Shown here: positions 12,613-25,529 of the stretch, in pieces
Position numbering within the stretch: position 1 is the first letter of the stretch
How the letters are laid out: every line of letters begins with the position of its first letter
Source: Balamuthia mandrillaris
Lineage: Eukaryota
Length of the DNA: 64,000 nt
Assembly: GCA_031835245.2 (NCBI GenBank)
Contig: JAVKOQ020000029.1
Location: forward strand, 1 to 64,000
Direction of reading: 5' to 3'
The notes under the pieces: generated by a model
Databases searched by the model: none
Told to the model about the DNA's origin: nothing
The model's input: the letters and a program-made list of their open reading frames with translations, nothing else
Program-made: the position numbers and the translations under genes

Positions 12613-15600
12613 GGAAGAGGAGGAGGAAGAGGAAGAAGAAGAAGAAGAAGAGGAGGAAGAGAACCAGGAGGAAGAAGACGATCCAGTCGAAAGAGCGGAT
12701 CCCACATTTTGGAGGCTAAGCACCACCTCATTAGGGACCACGGGAGCAACATGCCAGAATGTGACAGCCACGTTGTTCGGATTGGTTGGCAATGGCACGA
12801 TCAGGGGGCTGTACAAGAGTACCACTTCTATCGATTGCGCTTGTCTCTTGCCAGAAATAGGCTCAAGGATGGGTTGTTCTCCTTCTTCGCCTTCTTCCTG
12901 GGTTGCGGCCTGAGCTGGAATCAAGGGCACGGTACCAGAGCCAAGGATGTCCACGTTGGGTGCTTCAGTGACGGCTCCAGGGATGTTCTTCGCAATGACA
13001 AAGTAGTTCAGCACGCCCTCATTCAAGGTTACGGTCTCATTAAGCACAACAGTGTTGGCAGCAGTTCCCACTAGCGTCACCACGAGCTGTTGATTTTGGC
13101 CGCAAGGCAATCCACCCACTTCCTCGCTTTGTTGGCTGAAGAGGTTGAAAGCAATCGCGGTATCGTTCAAACTTATATCCAGGGCGATGTTGTCCTCGAT
13201 GGCATTAACTATCTTGACTCTACATTCGCCCTCGGTGATAATATCTCCTGGTTCCTCTTCACCTGGAGTGACCTCGTCCACTGTCAAGACCACTTCCAAA
13301 TTGTCTTCGTTGCCGGTGATGAAGGCGGTGACCGGCTCACCAGCAAAGGCCGAGAGAGAGATGGGTCGTCGGAAGATTTCCTGGGCACCGTTTTGCAGCA
13401 CCAAGATGGCGGTACCAGTGGTGGGCACGGCTCTATAGGGTACTCGCTCCAAGAGCAAAGCCTCCGCGGTCAGGGCAGGGCGGGTGCCAGGCTCGACGAC
13501 TTGAGACACGCCAAGAGTGGGGGTGGTCGTTCCTGTCGCTCCCGCAGCAGTGGTAGTACCAAGTCCTGCCTGAGCGCTTACGCCTCCCAATTCAGCTTGA
13601 GCACCAACTCCACCCAAGCCAGCTTCGGCCTGGAACTGTCTGCGTCGTTCCTCCAAAGTGAGGTCCAGTCCTGCGATGCCGTCCTCGCCAGCATCTATGA
13701 CCAGATCGGGTTCTACTACTTGTACTTGAAGGCCAGTTTGGGCGGTAGTTGTGCCAGCGGTGGCACCAATTGTGCCTGTGGTGGTCTCGAGAGGAACTAA
13801 GAGAGTAGCTTGAACAAGGCGACCAGCACCAGGAGCCACGTGCCAAAGAGCTAAGTTGACCTCATTGGAGGGAGCAGAGTTTACGGTAACAGGTTCGTAG
13901 AGAAGGACCACGTCCACAATCTGTCTCTCCAAAAGGGTTCCACCCTGAACGGAGGGGTCCGTACCGATCACCAATTCCAGCTCTAATTGGCCTCTAGCAA
14001 GGATGTTCTCTGTGTATCCAGAGTCCAAGAGGTTGCTGCCGGCACCGTTGAAAGAGGTATCGCTGATGCTCTCTCCGGTGATTACAAAGTAGTTTAAGAG
14101 GTTGTTGCCTTCCTCGATGTTCACTGTCTGGTTGATGATAGTTCGTCCAGTGGCGCCTTGCAAGCTGATGGTCATCTCAGCTGTGCCGCACCGTACTCCT
14201 CGGAAGCTTCTTAAGCTTTGGTAGGCGAGCCCAGAGGCCAAGGTGCTGCCACCAAGGGTCACATCCAAGCCCAAAGGCAGATCCAGAGCGTTCATGAGCT
14301 TGATGTCACATAGTCCCACCTGAGGTGCCGCGGTAGGCACTTGGTCCTCCTCAATGAAGATGCTGAGGCCATCCTCACCTGCAATGAAGATGGTGATAGC
14401 TTGACCCCGGGCCAAAGGCAAGTTGATGGGCTGAGTGAAGATATCCTGTCCATTTTGGATGACTCGGATGAAGGCGATGTTCTCTGCGTTGACCTGCTGG
14501 TAGCCGGTCTTCTCGAAGGGAGCGACGGACTGGCTGAGCAAGAGGCCTTGCTGTTGTCGCTTGCCAATGCCAACAGAGGCTCCACCAACTTCAGCTCCAA
14601 CTCCGCCCTCTCCAGCACCGATGGAAGCTCCACCTAGTTGAGCTCCAGCACCGCCTTCGCCGGCACCGATGGAAGCTCCGCCGAGTTGGGCTCCAGCGCC
14701 GCCTGTTCCAGCACCTACAGAAGCTCCGCCGAGTTGGGCTCCAGCGCCGCCTTCGCCAATGCCAACGCCTGCCGAAACACCTCCGACCTGGGCACCGGCT
14801 TGGGCCTGTTGTTGCTGTTGAGTAGCAGTGGTGGTCTCCAAGCCAAGAGTGGCAGCAGTAGGAGGCTGACTAGTGATGATCACTTGAACAGGAGATGTGG
14901 CAAGAGAGGAGGTATGCCACACGGAGACAAAGGCCGTATTCACCGATTCGGGACGAGGCACTTCGACAGCCTCAAAGAGCAACACTACGTCGATCTGCTG
15001 TGTTGAGATGACGGTGCCTTCCAACAGCACGTCAACGTTGACCAGTCCCTGTGCGATGATGTTCTGCTGGTTTGTGGCTCCCTCGTTGGCGTTGGTTAAA
15101 GTGAAGTAGTTCAGCACGTTGTCTCCTCTCTGAAGATTGACCGTCTGTTGGATGATCGGTTGGTTGGAGGGCAGTCCCGAGAGGCGCACGGTCAACGTGG
15201 CTTCGCCGCACTGCACTCCCTCGGTGGTCTGACTTGCCTGGAAGGGCAAGGCGGAGGCTACTCGGCGTCCTCCCAGGTCCACATCGAAGGGTAGCTGAGT
15301 ATCGAGTGCATTGACTATCTTGAGGTTACACTCTCCAAAGCCAGGAGCGCTGGGTACCACATCCACCTCCATGATGGTGTCCAAGTTCTTGTTACCAGTG
15401 ATGAAGACGCTAGCAGCTTGCCCTCCCAAGTCATTCAGAATGATGGCTCGACGGAAGACTTCCTCTCCGTTTGAGAAGACACGGAGCACAGCGAAGCCGG
15501 TGGCGTCAAACAGTTGATAATCGGTCTTGGCGTTCTGCGGAAGGGTAGTTTGGAGCAATACTTCATTCTGGCTCTGTTGTCTCTTGAAGCCCACATCCAA

Positions 15601-17781
15601 GTTGGCTCCGTCATCTCCAATTCCAGCCTGAAGACCATCCTCTCCGCCAATGTTCAGTCCAGCGCCGTCCTCTCCAACTCCAGCCTGAAGGCCATCCTCT
15701 CCGCCAATGTTCAGTCCAGCGCCGTCCTCTCCGACTCCGGCCTGAAGGCCTTCATCTCCTCCAATGCTCAACCCAGCACCTTGCTCTCCGACGCCAGCCT
15801 GGTCTGTTGTTGTGGTCGTGGTCGTGGTCGTGGTTGTGGTTTGTTGCTGGTTGGCATTGTTCGTAATGCTGGCTTGGAATCCGTCCGTAAGGTCGGTTTG
15901 CAAGCCCGGGGTAACAGTGGTGGTGATGGGCACCTCAGCGGCCACAGAAGTAGTCCTCTCCAACAGGATCTCCAAGGGACCGTTGGCCAAGGGCGCGACA
16001 TTCCAGAAAGAGAGGGCCACGGTGTTGTCACTCAGCTCCTGCATAGGCACAGTTACAGCCTCATACAAGAGGATCACTGGAATGGTGCGAGTCTGCACCA
16101 CTTGGCCTGCAATGACAACGTCCTCGTTAACGGATCCCGTTCCAAGGACCTGCGCCTGGGTTACTTGTGCTTGTTGTTGCCTCCTGCTAACAGTACCTAC
16201 ATCCACCGTAACGTCAACTTGCTGAGCGCCAGTATCGGTAGTAGTAGCAGTTGTGGTTTGGGTTTCGCCAGTGACGGCCTCATCACCAGGCCCAACGCTG
16301 ATTCCAGCTTGGGTGGTTCCTTCCTGAGGTTGCTCTTGACCAGCACCAGCAGTTTCGGTGTCAGTTGGACCGCCAGTAGCAGTTCCTTCTTGTGGTTGCT
16401 GTTGCTCTTGACCAGTACCAGCAACAGCTTCAACGGTAGTGGTAGTGGCCTGTAGGGTGGCCGTTTGGTCATAGACCTCGTTGGTAAGAACAAAGTAGTT
16501 CAGCACGTCCTCTCCGCTCTGGAGGGTGACGTCGTTCAGCTCTATCACATTCTCAGCGTTCGGGCCAAGGCCTGCGCCAGGGGCTCCAGCCAGAACCACT
16601 CGGATGTCGACTGGCTGGTCACAAGTGAAGGCCTCGCCAGTGGCCTCGGTGTTGAGATAACCCACGTTTTGGGCCACAATGGTATCATCCACAAAGACGT
16701 TGAAGGTCAGCTTGGAGTCGATGGCGTTGACCACCTTGATGGGGCATCGCACGGCAGGAGCAGCGGCCGGGGCAATGTCAGGCTCCAAGTAGAGGTCGAC
16801 TCGGTTCTCACCAGCAATGAAAATGGTGGTCACTCCTCGTTCCAGGTCCCTCAAATCGATGGCTCTGGTGAAGATCTCATTGCCGTTCTGGAAGATACGA
16901 AGCACGGCGATGCCGTCAGTAGGAACCTCAGTGTAGGGAGAACGCTGGAAGGGGAACAACGTGAAATCCAACAAGTTGCCACCCTGGGCCTGTCTCTTCG
17001 ACTCTGTCTCTATAGTCAGGCCACCCCCAGTGCCGCCCAAGGGGGTGCTCGCGGTAGTTGAGATGATGGTCTGTTCTCCCTCTCCCGGTTCGCCAGCGCC
17101 GTCCACGATTACGGTGATGGGTTCTCCTATGAGAGTCGTGGTGGGCTCGGTGATGGGTGTGGCGGTGGTGCCTGCCGCGGCTGGTTCTAACACCACTCGT
17201 ACGTTACCGTCCAAGAAGGGAGTGACATGCCAGAAGGAAATGGTGGCCTGGCCCTCTGGCGGCAAGTCCGGCACCTGGATGACCTCTCCCAACAGCACCA
17301 GCCCGATCTGATGCTCTGTGGTCTCACCCAGCAAAAGAGTCACGGAGCTCCTCGAGATGACCTGGCTGCCGCCCACAGCCGTGGCTTGGCTGCCGAGTGG
17401 CTCCTCCGTGATGACGAGGTAGTTCACGATGCCCGCCCCCGATTGGAGATTCTGGGTGGTCTGCAAGACGGTTGCCTGCTCAGCGCCGCCAGGAGCTGCC
17501 TGGGAATCAGCCAGAACAACCTGGAAGTTGGCTGAGACGCAGGGGATGCCGCCCAAGACCTGATTGTCCTGATAGCCGAGGTCGGAGGCCAGCGGCTCGT
17601 TGTTCAAGAGCACGTCGAAGCGAACGTTGACATCGAGGGCATTGACAAGCTTCACGGTACAGAGCTCTCCTTCAGCTTGTTGTTGAGCGTGGGTTGTCGC
17701 TGGAAGATGGACCAACAGAGCTAGTAGGGCTAAGGAGGCCCATAACAACAGGGAAGATGGCCTGTTGCTCTCTCTCCGCAT
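11353..17781 (-). CDS. Large secreted protein (2142 aa, intronless) with six DUF4397-like modules, low-complexity inserts and dibasic (K/R)R-Q sites
   Basis: Signal peptide ending ..THA-QQQ. Six modules begin C-x-x-K-x-x-(N/H)-A (CTVKLVNAL, CPIKVVNAI, CNLKIVNAL, CDIKLMNAL, CRVKIVNAI, CAAKVVHAIPNVAAVDVYIN), and each carries NY(F/L/M), W(H/N)V/T and (T/S)xF(I/L)xG motifs. Confidence 0.85.
12546..12680. repeat. GAG/GAA triplet tract encoding poly-Ser on the minus strand
   Basis: GAGGAGGAGGAAGAG... lies in frame with the Ser run of the 2142-aa ORF. Confidence 0.9.
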
Positions 17782-18030
17782 CTTTTGGTTTGTCGTGGTC
17801 GCTCAGGGATGATGATGATGATAAAAATAAAAGGGCGGGTTGCGCTTCAGGAGAGAGGATATAGTTGTAGACTCTTCTAGCTATCAGAAGAAGAATAAAA
17901 AATAAAACGTCCTGTTCTCACTCAAGTCTCTCCCCAATTGCTTCTAATTTTTTTGAGAAGGTTGAAAGCGTGTGTGAGTGTGTGAGTGAAACTGTGGTGG
18001 GTGGTTGAAATGAACGAAAGCTGCAAACCT

Positions 18031-18037
18031 TTTTATA
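18031..18037 (-). promoter_or_regulatory. Putative TATA box of the 2142-aa gene
   Basis: TTTTATA on + (TATAAAA on -), about 250 bp upstream of the ATG, with CCAAT-containing motifs further upstream. Confidence 0.45.
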
Positions 18038-18444
18038 CGCTACGTTGGCTCCCCCATCCGCGCGCGCGCCATGCCAGGCCTTTCATTTGCCGCCCTTTGC
18101 CCAATATGCCTGGTGGAGATGCCACCCCGCCATTGGGCAATCCCGCGGAAACTTGGCGCTCCACCAATGGCGAGGCGGAGAACGAAGCCAGAAAAACCAA
18201 GAGCAACAGCCCTGCTGGTGACTGCAAGTTCTTGTGCCGCTGAGCGAAAGGCCAGGATTAAAACTTTGAAAGGGGCAAACTGGGAGGGGGAGGGGGAGGG
18301 AGCCATCAGGGGGGTGTGATTACGAACCCATCCAAGGGGGGGCTCCCCATGGGATGAATTAATTCGCAAGCGGCTTTTGTTGGAGTGTCGGCCGACGGGT
18401 TGTGGATTTTCTGTCTTATTTACAATGATGATAGGGAGAAGGGC

Positions 18445-18490
<46 letters not shown>

Positions 18491-19182
18491 GTTGTAAGGA
18501 AGGATGGTGGGTACCATGGAGCGAGAAGAAGCAGAGAAGAGAGGAGAAGGAAAAACAGAAAGAAAGAGAAAGAGAAAGCCCAAAGACGAAAGAATTTGAA
18601 AAAAAGGTACGCAAAGAAGAGAAAATGAGAGAGAGAGAGAGAGAGAGAACAAGAGAGTGCAGAGAACGCGATAGAAGAAGAACAAAAAAATAGGAAAGGC
18701 ACCGCACCAACCATTGATTGGAGGTATCCAAAACCACGGACGAAAGCGTTGCTACACACGCGCCGTACTTCCCCGCCAGATTGCATCAACCTGGTGGGAG
18801 AAGGAGGAGCAAGGTTAAACAAAAAGATAACCAAGAGAGATGGAAAGGTGAAAACGAAAAGCCAAGAGAGAGAGAGAGAGAGAGAGAACAACCAAGAAAA
18901 AGACGGTATGAGAGACAAAAGAGACAGACCGCGCAAGCACAGCCCAAGAGATATCTCCCATCATTGTTGGTGTCCCTTTATTGCCGCTTTCTTTTGTCTT
19001 TGCGCTCACCATCCATTCATGTCGTCATGAAAACCTAAATAAAAACGACTGTTGTTGTTGGCGTGAGTCGAACCGCGCACCATTCTAACAAAAGAAGAAA
19101 GTGCAACGGGGGGGCAAAAAGAACAGCCAGAGAGGAGCACGCTTGGGTCAGCCTCCCTCTGCCAACCCAAGGCACGGCAAGG

Positions 19183-22100
19183 ATGCAAAACGGTAATGTC
19201 CGCATGAAGGACGGGGAGGAAGTCCTTCTCCAATGCCGTGTACAACACAACAACCAAGAAGGAACGCTTCTTCTAACGAATGGTCGATTGGTCTTTTCCC
19301 CTACCGTTTCCTCCTCCTCTTCTTCTTTCGCAAACGAAGAGATTCCCCTTCCACAAGTTCTTCTCTGTAACAACGACGATGACTCCAAACGTTCTTCTTC
19401 TCTGCACTTGACTGTCCTCTCTTCAGCTGAACAAAAGATCTTTCACTTTCTTCCCAAAGGAAAAAAAGCAGCCCACAAACAACGCCAACGCTTTCTTCTT
19501 CTCCTCTCTCAACTCCTCAACAACAAAGAAGACCACTCCGTGACCGAGCCGGAGACGGGGAAGTTGGCGCTGGAGCGGCTAAACGAGTCCCTCCTGCTGG
19601 CGGACCGGTACAGGGTGGTGGAGCTGTTGGGAGAGGGCGCCCATTCGCAGCTGCTGCGGGCCTACGATGAGATGGCAGCAGAGCACGTCGCCATCAAGGT
19701 CATGAAAGCACCGCCGTTCCCGCCTGGGCCTGAGTTTTTTGCTCAAATTGGCAAAATGGTATTTTCCTGTTCACTTGCTGTTTCCTCTTCTCTCTCTCTT
19801 CTCCTCGCTTCGCTTCTCTTCGCTTCTTGTTTCTTCCCTCGTCCTTGTTTTCTCTTAGGCTGGCTGTTCTTCGCATTCTCTCTGTCTCTTGTGCTCATTC
19901 TCTTCTCTTCTTGCTCATTCTCTTCTCATTCCTTTCGGCTGCCTAATCACATCTCTTAATCTCTCCTGCAGGAAGCTGAGAAGCTGCAACAGCTGAATGC
20001 AGCTGATCTCTATGGCGCACATCACATCGTTCGTCTCAAGGCAACCTTTTACTTTGGTCCTCACTTTTGTCTCGTACTAGAACTATTGGGACCCACCTTA
20101 AAATCTCTTTGCTCCTCTTCCGATTCTTCTGCTTCTTCACTTTGCTCTTCACCTCTCAACTTACGACTGTCTCTGCTACGAAAAGTTGCTATTGAGGCGT
20201 TAGTAGGTCTCTCCGTCATTCATCGGCACAACATCATTCACGCTGACCTCAAACCGGCCAACATGCTATTTTCTTCTGTATATATTTCCTCGTTTTCCAC
20301 ACTCTCTGATTACTACTTGAACGACAACGAAGATGAAGATGACGACAGAGAAGCAACGAGTGATGAAGAGCTAACAATCGGAACGAAGAAAAAGAAGAGA
20401 AGAGAAGACCTATTGTTGCATGCTTTAGCTGCAGTTAGCGCTGAACTCAAGCTCATCGACTTTGGAAACGCGATGACCGTGGAGGACGCTGCCAGAGCCT
20501 ACGAAGAAAGTGAGGCTCAGAATAAAGAGCTGAAAGTCCAAAGCATTCCTTACCGCGCTCCGGAGGTGGCTTGGGGTTATCCCTTCGGCCCGGCCATTGA
20601 CATGTGGTCCCTTGGTTGTATTTTGTTCCAGGTAACAATTCTCTCTCTCCTCTCTGCTCTCTGCTCTCTGCTCTCTGCTCTCTGCTCTCTGCTCTCTGCT
20701 CTCTGCTCTCTGCTCTCTGCTCTCTGCTCTCTTGCGTAGTTTGTTGACCTAACTTCTTCTCTACTGTTGCACAGTTGTATACAGGTGATCTTTTGTTCCA
20801 TCCAACCTGTGACATGTTGGACAACCAGGCTCTTGTTGCAAGCTTCTTGTCTGAAAAGCGAATGCAGGAAGACTCCAGCGCTAATACCAAAACATTATTG
20901 ACAGAAAACGAAACGATGGAGGCAGTGGCCAAAACGGAAGAGTTTAAGTCTTACATGCGCGCCTCTTTGGAAGAGAAACTCATCCTGCAGATGACGAATA
21001 TGTTGGGCGCAGAGGCGCTCGCTGTACAGGACTTTAACGCTGTCTGCGCTCCACCAAGCAACTCTCCTTCGTCAGCTCAGTACAGCTATGAACGAGTTGG
21101 ACAAGGAGAGACGGTTCACATCTTGGGCAAAGCCGATGAGCTCTATTGGCTTTGCATGATAAAAGGCAGGAAGAGCCTTGTTCCAGTTGATATGTTGGAA
21201 CTCGTTTATAGTGCCTCTCCTGGAGAAAAGTTACCCGAGAGTGAAAAGGAGACCTTTAGGTCAGCACAGCATCGATTTACGCGAAAGATGCTGAGAGAAC
21301 GGATGAAGAGCAGGACAGGCGACGAAGAAACGGAGGATATAGAAGAGTGTAATGAGCGGTTGGTAGATTTCATACAGCGGCTGTTGTGTTATGATCCTGA
21401 GAAGAGATTGACTGTTGAGCAAGCTCTGCAGCATCCGTTTCTGGCTCCATACTTGCCATCACACCTATTTCTTGCTGATGCTTCTTCTTCTTCTTCCATC
21501 ACCTTACAGCAACGTAAACAGAAACAACAAAAAGCAGATCACAACAAGATAGAAAACGAGCTTCTGCGACTGCAAACCGAGGAACAAATATTGACAGAAC
21601 AACTACGAAATGAACAAGAACGGTGGAAGCTGAAAAAAGCAGAGATGGAACGAGAAATGGATGAAGAGAGACGAGAAATGCAACAGTGGGAACAAGAAAG
21701 AAAGGATGCCAGGTTGGCTTTCATCCAACGAAAGGTAGAGCACAAAGCGGAGATGGAGGAGGAAAAGGCGAGGCAAAAAATGCATTCTCAGACTATGACA
21801 AAGCTTCAAGAGGAACGACTGAAACAAGCAAAGCTAGTCGAATACGAGAAGAAAGAAGAGCAGCGATTGATGTCTGAGCTGCAACGTCAACGAGAAGAAA
21901 TAGAAGCTGCAATCGGACGCCACAAAGAGTTGTTGAGCAAAGCAGATACTGAAAGAGAAAGGCTTCGAATGGAAAGAATGAAACAGGTGGAAGACATAAC
22001 ACAAAAGATGCAACACGAAGAGAAGGAATGGGAAGATCTTTTACAGCGACTAAAGCGGGAAGAAGCAGACAGAGAGAAAAATCGCAAAATAGAACTGGAG

Positions 22101-24330
22101 AAGCAAAAAGAGCACGAAGAAGATGAACTGCGACAACACGAATTAGAGTGTGAGGATCAAAAGCGACTATTTAAAGAAAAGCTAGAACAGCTGAAAGCAG
22201 CAAATGCAGAAGAGGTGAAAGAGTTGGAAGAAAGTAAGAAACAACTAAAACGGATTCGACAGCAGCTAAAAAATGACAAGGAAGAGATAAGAAAACGGAT
22301 AGAGGAGGAAAAAGCAGTTCAGCAGCGAATACTCGCAGAATGGGAGCAAGAAAAACATCAATTGCAAAAATATTTGCGTGGCTTAGAAACAGAAAAGCGT
22401 AAAGAAACCGAACAACTGGAAGAGGCAAAGAAAAGACTGGAAGAAGGTCAGAAACAAATGAGAGAGGATCGTGAAATGATTGGTAAACACCGAGAAGTTT
22501 TAAGAGAAGAACAACAGCGGACGCAACAGGAGAAACAACGGTTGCAGGAAGCATTGAGTCAGCTCCAAAGGAAACATGAATCGGAAATAATACAAATCAA
22601 AGAATCAAAGAAGCGATTGAAAGAGAGCCGCAAGCGAATGAAGGAGGAACGTGAGGAGATGGAGAAGCAACAACAAATCGAAGAAGCAGAGTATGAAGCA
22701 AGTAAGGCACAATGGCAACAAGCGAAGCAACAAAAAGAAGAAGCGCAGAGTCGATTGGAGAGAAAGAGGAGGTTGTTGGAGCAAAAGTGCAAAGAAGTGG
22801 AGGACGAAAGACAAGAGATAGAAGCCAAAGAAAAATCATTGGAAGAGGACCTGCAACATATGGAAAGAAGATGGAAGAGCAATCGAGAGGAACGCATGAA
22901 ACGTTTGCAAGAAAAGCTCGAACAAGAAGAGCGAATGGAGAAATCAGAGCGGGAAAGAAAAATGGCAGAGAGAGAGGAACAAAGACGCAGACAAGCGGAA
23001 GAAGAGGACGCTAAATACAAAGCAGAAATGGATGAACGCCTTGCATCGTACTCAAAAGAGCTCGAAGCTCAATTCGAACTAGCGAAGCAGGTTATCAAAC
23101 AGAGGTTCACGCAGCGATCAATAGAGTTAGAACGACAGCATGTAGAAGACATGAACAAACTGAAAGCGGATCTAGAGGCCAAGAAACAAAGTGAAATTGA
23201 GGCATTGATAAAAGCAGAAGAGAAGGAAGAACAAGAGGAAAAGGAAGAAGAGGAGGAGGAAGAGAATAAGGAAGCGAAGAACAACTTTAGATGGGTTGAA
23301 TTGGGCCAATTAATACAAGAAGCTTTACTCATGGGAGACACAGCCGAATACATCGAAAGCACAGAGACTTCTTATTCAACTACAGTGAAATCGGAGAAAC
23401 CAATGACTACCAGACGCAAAGGAACAACACGAACGAGTCTTTCTGAAGCAGATTCTTCTTCTCTTATGTCTTCGTTTTCTGCTTCTCTTATAGCCTCTTC
23501 TTCCTTATCTCCCTTTTCATTACCTTCTTCGCCGTTTTCTTCTCCTTTGCCACCGTTGTCACCAAGGACTCGCTTGTTTTCACCGCCAGGCACTTCCTCT
23601 TCTTTTGGTTGTACTCGTTCTACCTCTGAAGAGCGTTGTTGTCCTCATGCTCTGAAATTGTACTCCTTGCTTCTCTCCCGCTCCTCTCCCCCTCTCTCCC
23701 TCTCCCTCTTCCCTCTCCCTCTTTCCCCTCTCTCCCTCTCCCTCTTCCCTCTCCCTCTTCCCTCTCTCTCTCTCTCTCCCTCTCCCTCTCCCTCTCCCTC
23801 CCTCGCTTCTCTCACTCTCTCCACATTTATCTTCTCTAATAATACACAGGAAAGAGTGGAGGGAGAAGCTATTTCATTTTTATAAGAGACATCAAAAAGA
23901 GTTTACTCTCAGCTGCAATCCTAATCAGGTTTCTTCCTCTTCCACCTCCGCTTTGGCTGCAACAAGCAACACCGGCGCTGCCGCCACTGTAACACCATCG
24001 CCCATCATCAACAAAACACAAAACAACAAACATTCATCAAAAAGACCATTGTCTCCATCACCTTCCACTCGCAAACGATTAACAAGAAGAAAGAAAAGAA
24101 ACAACAACGACAGCAGCAGCAATGTTGCTTCAGCAGAGGAGGCATCAGCATCGCCAAAGCAACACAAAAAACAAAAACGAAATGATAATTCCTCCTCTTC
24201 CTCCGTTTCTTCCTCTACCTCGCCTGTTACCACTCCTTCACCCAAGAGGAAGAAAAACAAGAAGCAATCGCTAAAAAAAAGTTGGTTTTGGATGGCTGAA
24301 ACTGCAAAAGACGCAGAAGAAAAAGGAGAA

Positions 24331-24363
<33 letters not shown>

Positions 24364-24396
24364 ATGTCAAACGAACAGATCTTGCTTATCTCTTGA
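19183..24396 (+). CDS. DYRK/CMGC-like Ser/Thr kinase with N-terminal PH-like segment, SH3-like insert and long coiled coil; multi-exon
   Basis: LGEGAHS, VAIK, HIVRL..HFCLVLELLG, HADLKPAN, KLIDFGNA, VQSIPYRAPEV, IDMWSLGCIL and DFIQRLLCYDPEKRLTVEQALQHPFL, then an E/K/R/Q-rich coiled coil. An intron at about 23660-23849 joins in frame to the 23953-24396 ORF. Start codon uncertain (19183 or 19204). Confidence 0.85.
20650..20730 (+). repeat. Intronic 7-bp tandem repeat (CTCTGCT)n
   Basis: Direct inspection. The complementary unit (GAGCAGA)n also occurs at about 6100-6150. Confidence 0.9.
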
Positions 24397-25112
24397 AGAA
24401 AAAGTTCATCAACCACACCGTTTTGTGTTATGTATGTTGATATGTGTGAGGAGAGAGGAGCAAGAGAGAGAGGGAAGAGAGAAGAGAGAAAAGAAAGAGA
24501 GGAGAGAAAAAGACCTACGAATAAGAAACGTGAGTGCGAGGATGGGAGAACAATTCAAAGATGCCAACGCAACGGACCTCGTGACCAGGACCCGAACGAA
24601 AGCCCTTGCAATGAGACGGATATGGACTACGTTGTAACCCTAGGAGGCAGAAAGCGTTTCGAACGTACGTTATCAGGAAACGACGGGAAGAAAGGGAGCA
24701 ACAACGCGCGAGAGGGAGCTTGATGAGTTTATCGAACAGAATAATGCACCATTTTGTTTCGCTGAGTATGATCCACACAAACAGATTTTGCTCCTATTAT
24801 ATCACGTTAAGATGTTTTCTTTTAAACCAAAGTGGCGCGCAGATAAGCCTGTCAAACAAAGGCGAAATTAGTATGAGGCAGGAAGAGAGCTGAGAGCGAA
24901 AGAGAGGAGGAGGAGAGAGCAAACACACCTTGCTACAATAAACGGCGGTTTTAAAAGAAGGTGGCTACGAGCCTTTCGAAATTTGGTGCTAGGAGCTCAA
25001 CGTCGGTTACCTTCAATCTGCTCGGTAAGAGGTGCTGAAAGTTGAAGTTCCCGTTGTAGTTCGTAACAATAGACACCACAACAGAGCAGATCAACTGCGA
25101 GGAGCAAGCCTC

Positions 25113-25485
25113 TTAATTCGGAACGTATTGACTATGTACCTCTTTGTTGGCTGCCTTTCTCTCTTCGATTGGTCCTATCACCACTGTGTATTCTCCTTTA
25201 GCTTTAGCCTGTATAACAAACATTAGAAAACGAAGCAATAGAAACGAGAAAAGCTGTCGAACAAGATAATAGAACTAAAAAGCAAGGAAATGAGAACAAG
25301 AGGATGTACCAGACGGTCCTTTTGTCCGCATTTAGCCAGAGAAAGCCAAACACGGGACGTAAGTAGCGGACCGAGTGGCCAAGATGTGCTGCTTATTTTA
25401 AATCTGCATCACACGTTCGATATGGCATATGTTCTTACCAACAAGCCACTGTGACTTGATGGCCTTTTTATATGCCGCGTTCTTG

Positions 25486-25529
<44 letters not shown>

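Noticed and set aside
11386..17535. Several long plus-strand ORFs opposite the 2142-aa gene
   Set aside because: Antisense shadows of a codon-biased CDS; no recognisable motifs.
18040..19038. ORFs rich in SLSLSL/RERERE
   Set aside because: Translations of (CT)n/(GA)n microsatellites in a promoter/intergenic region.
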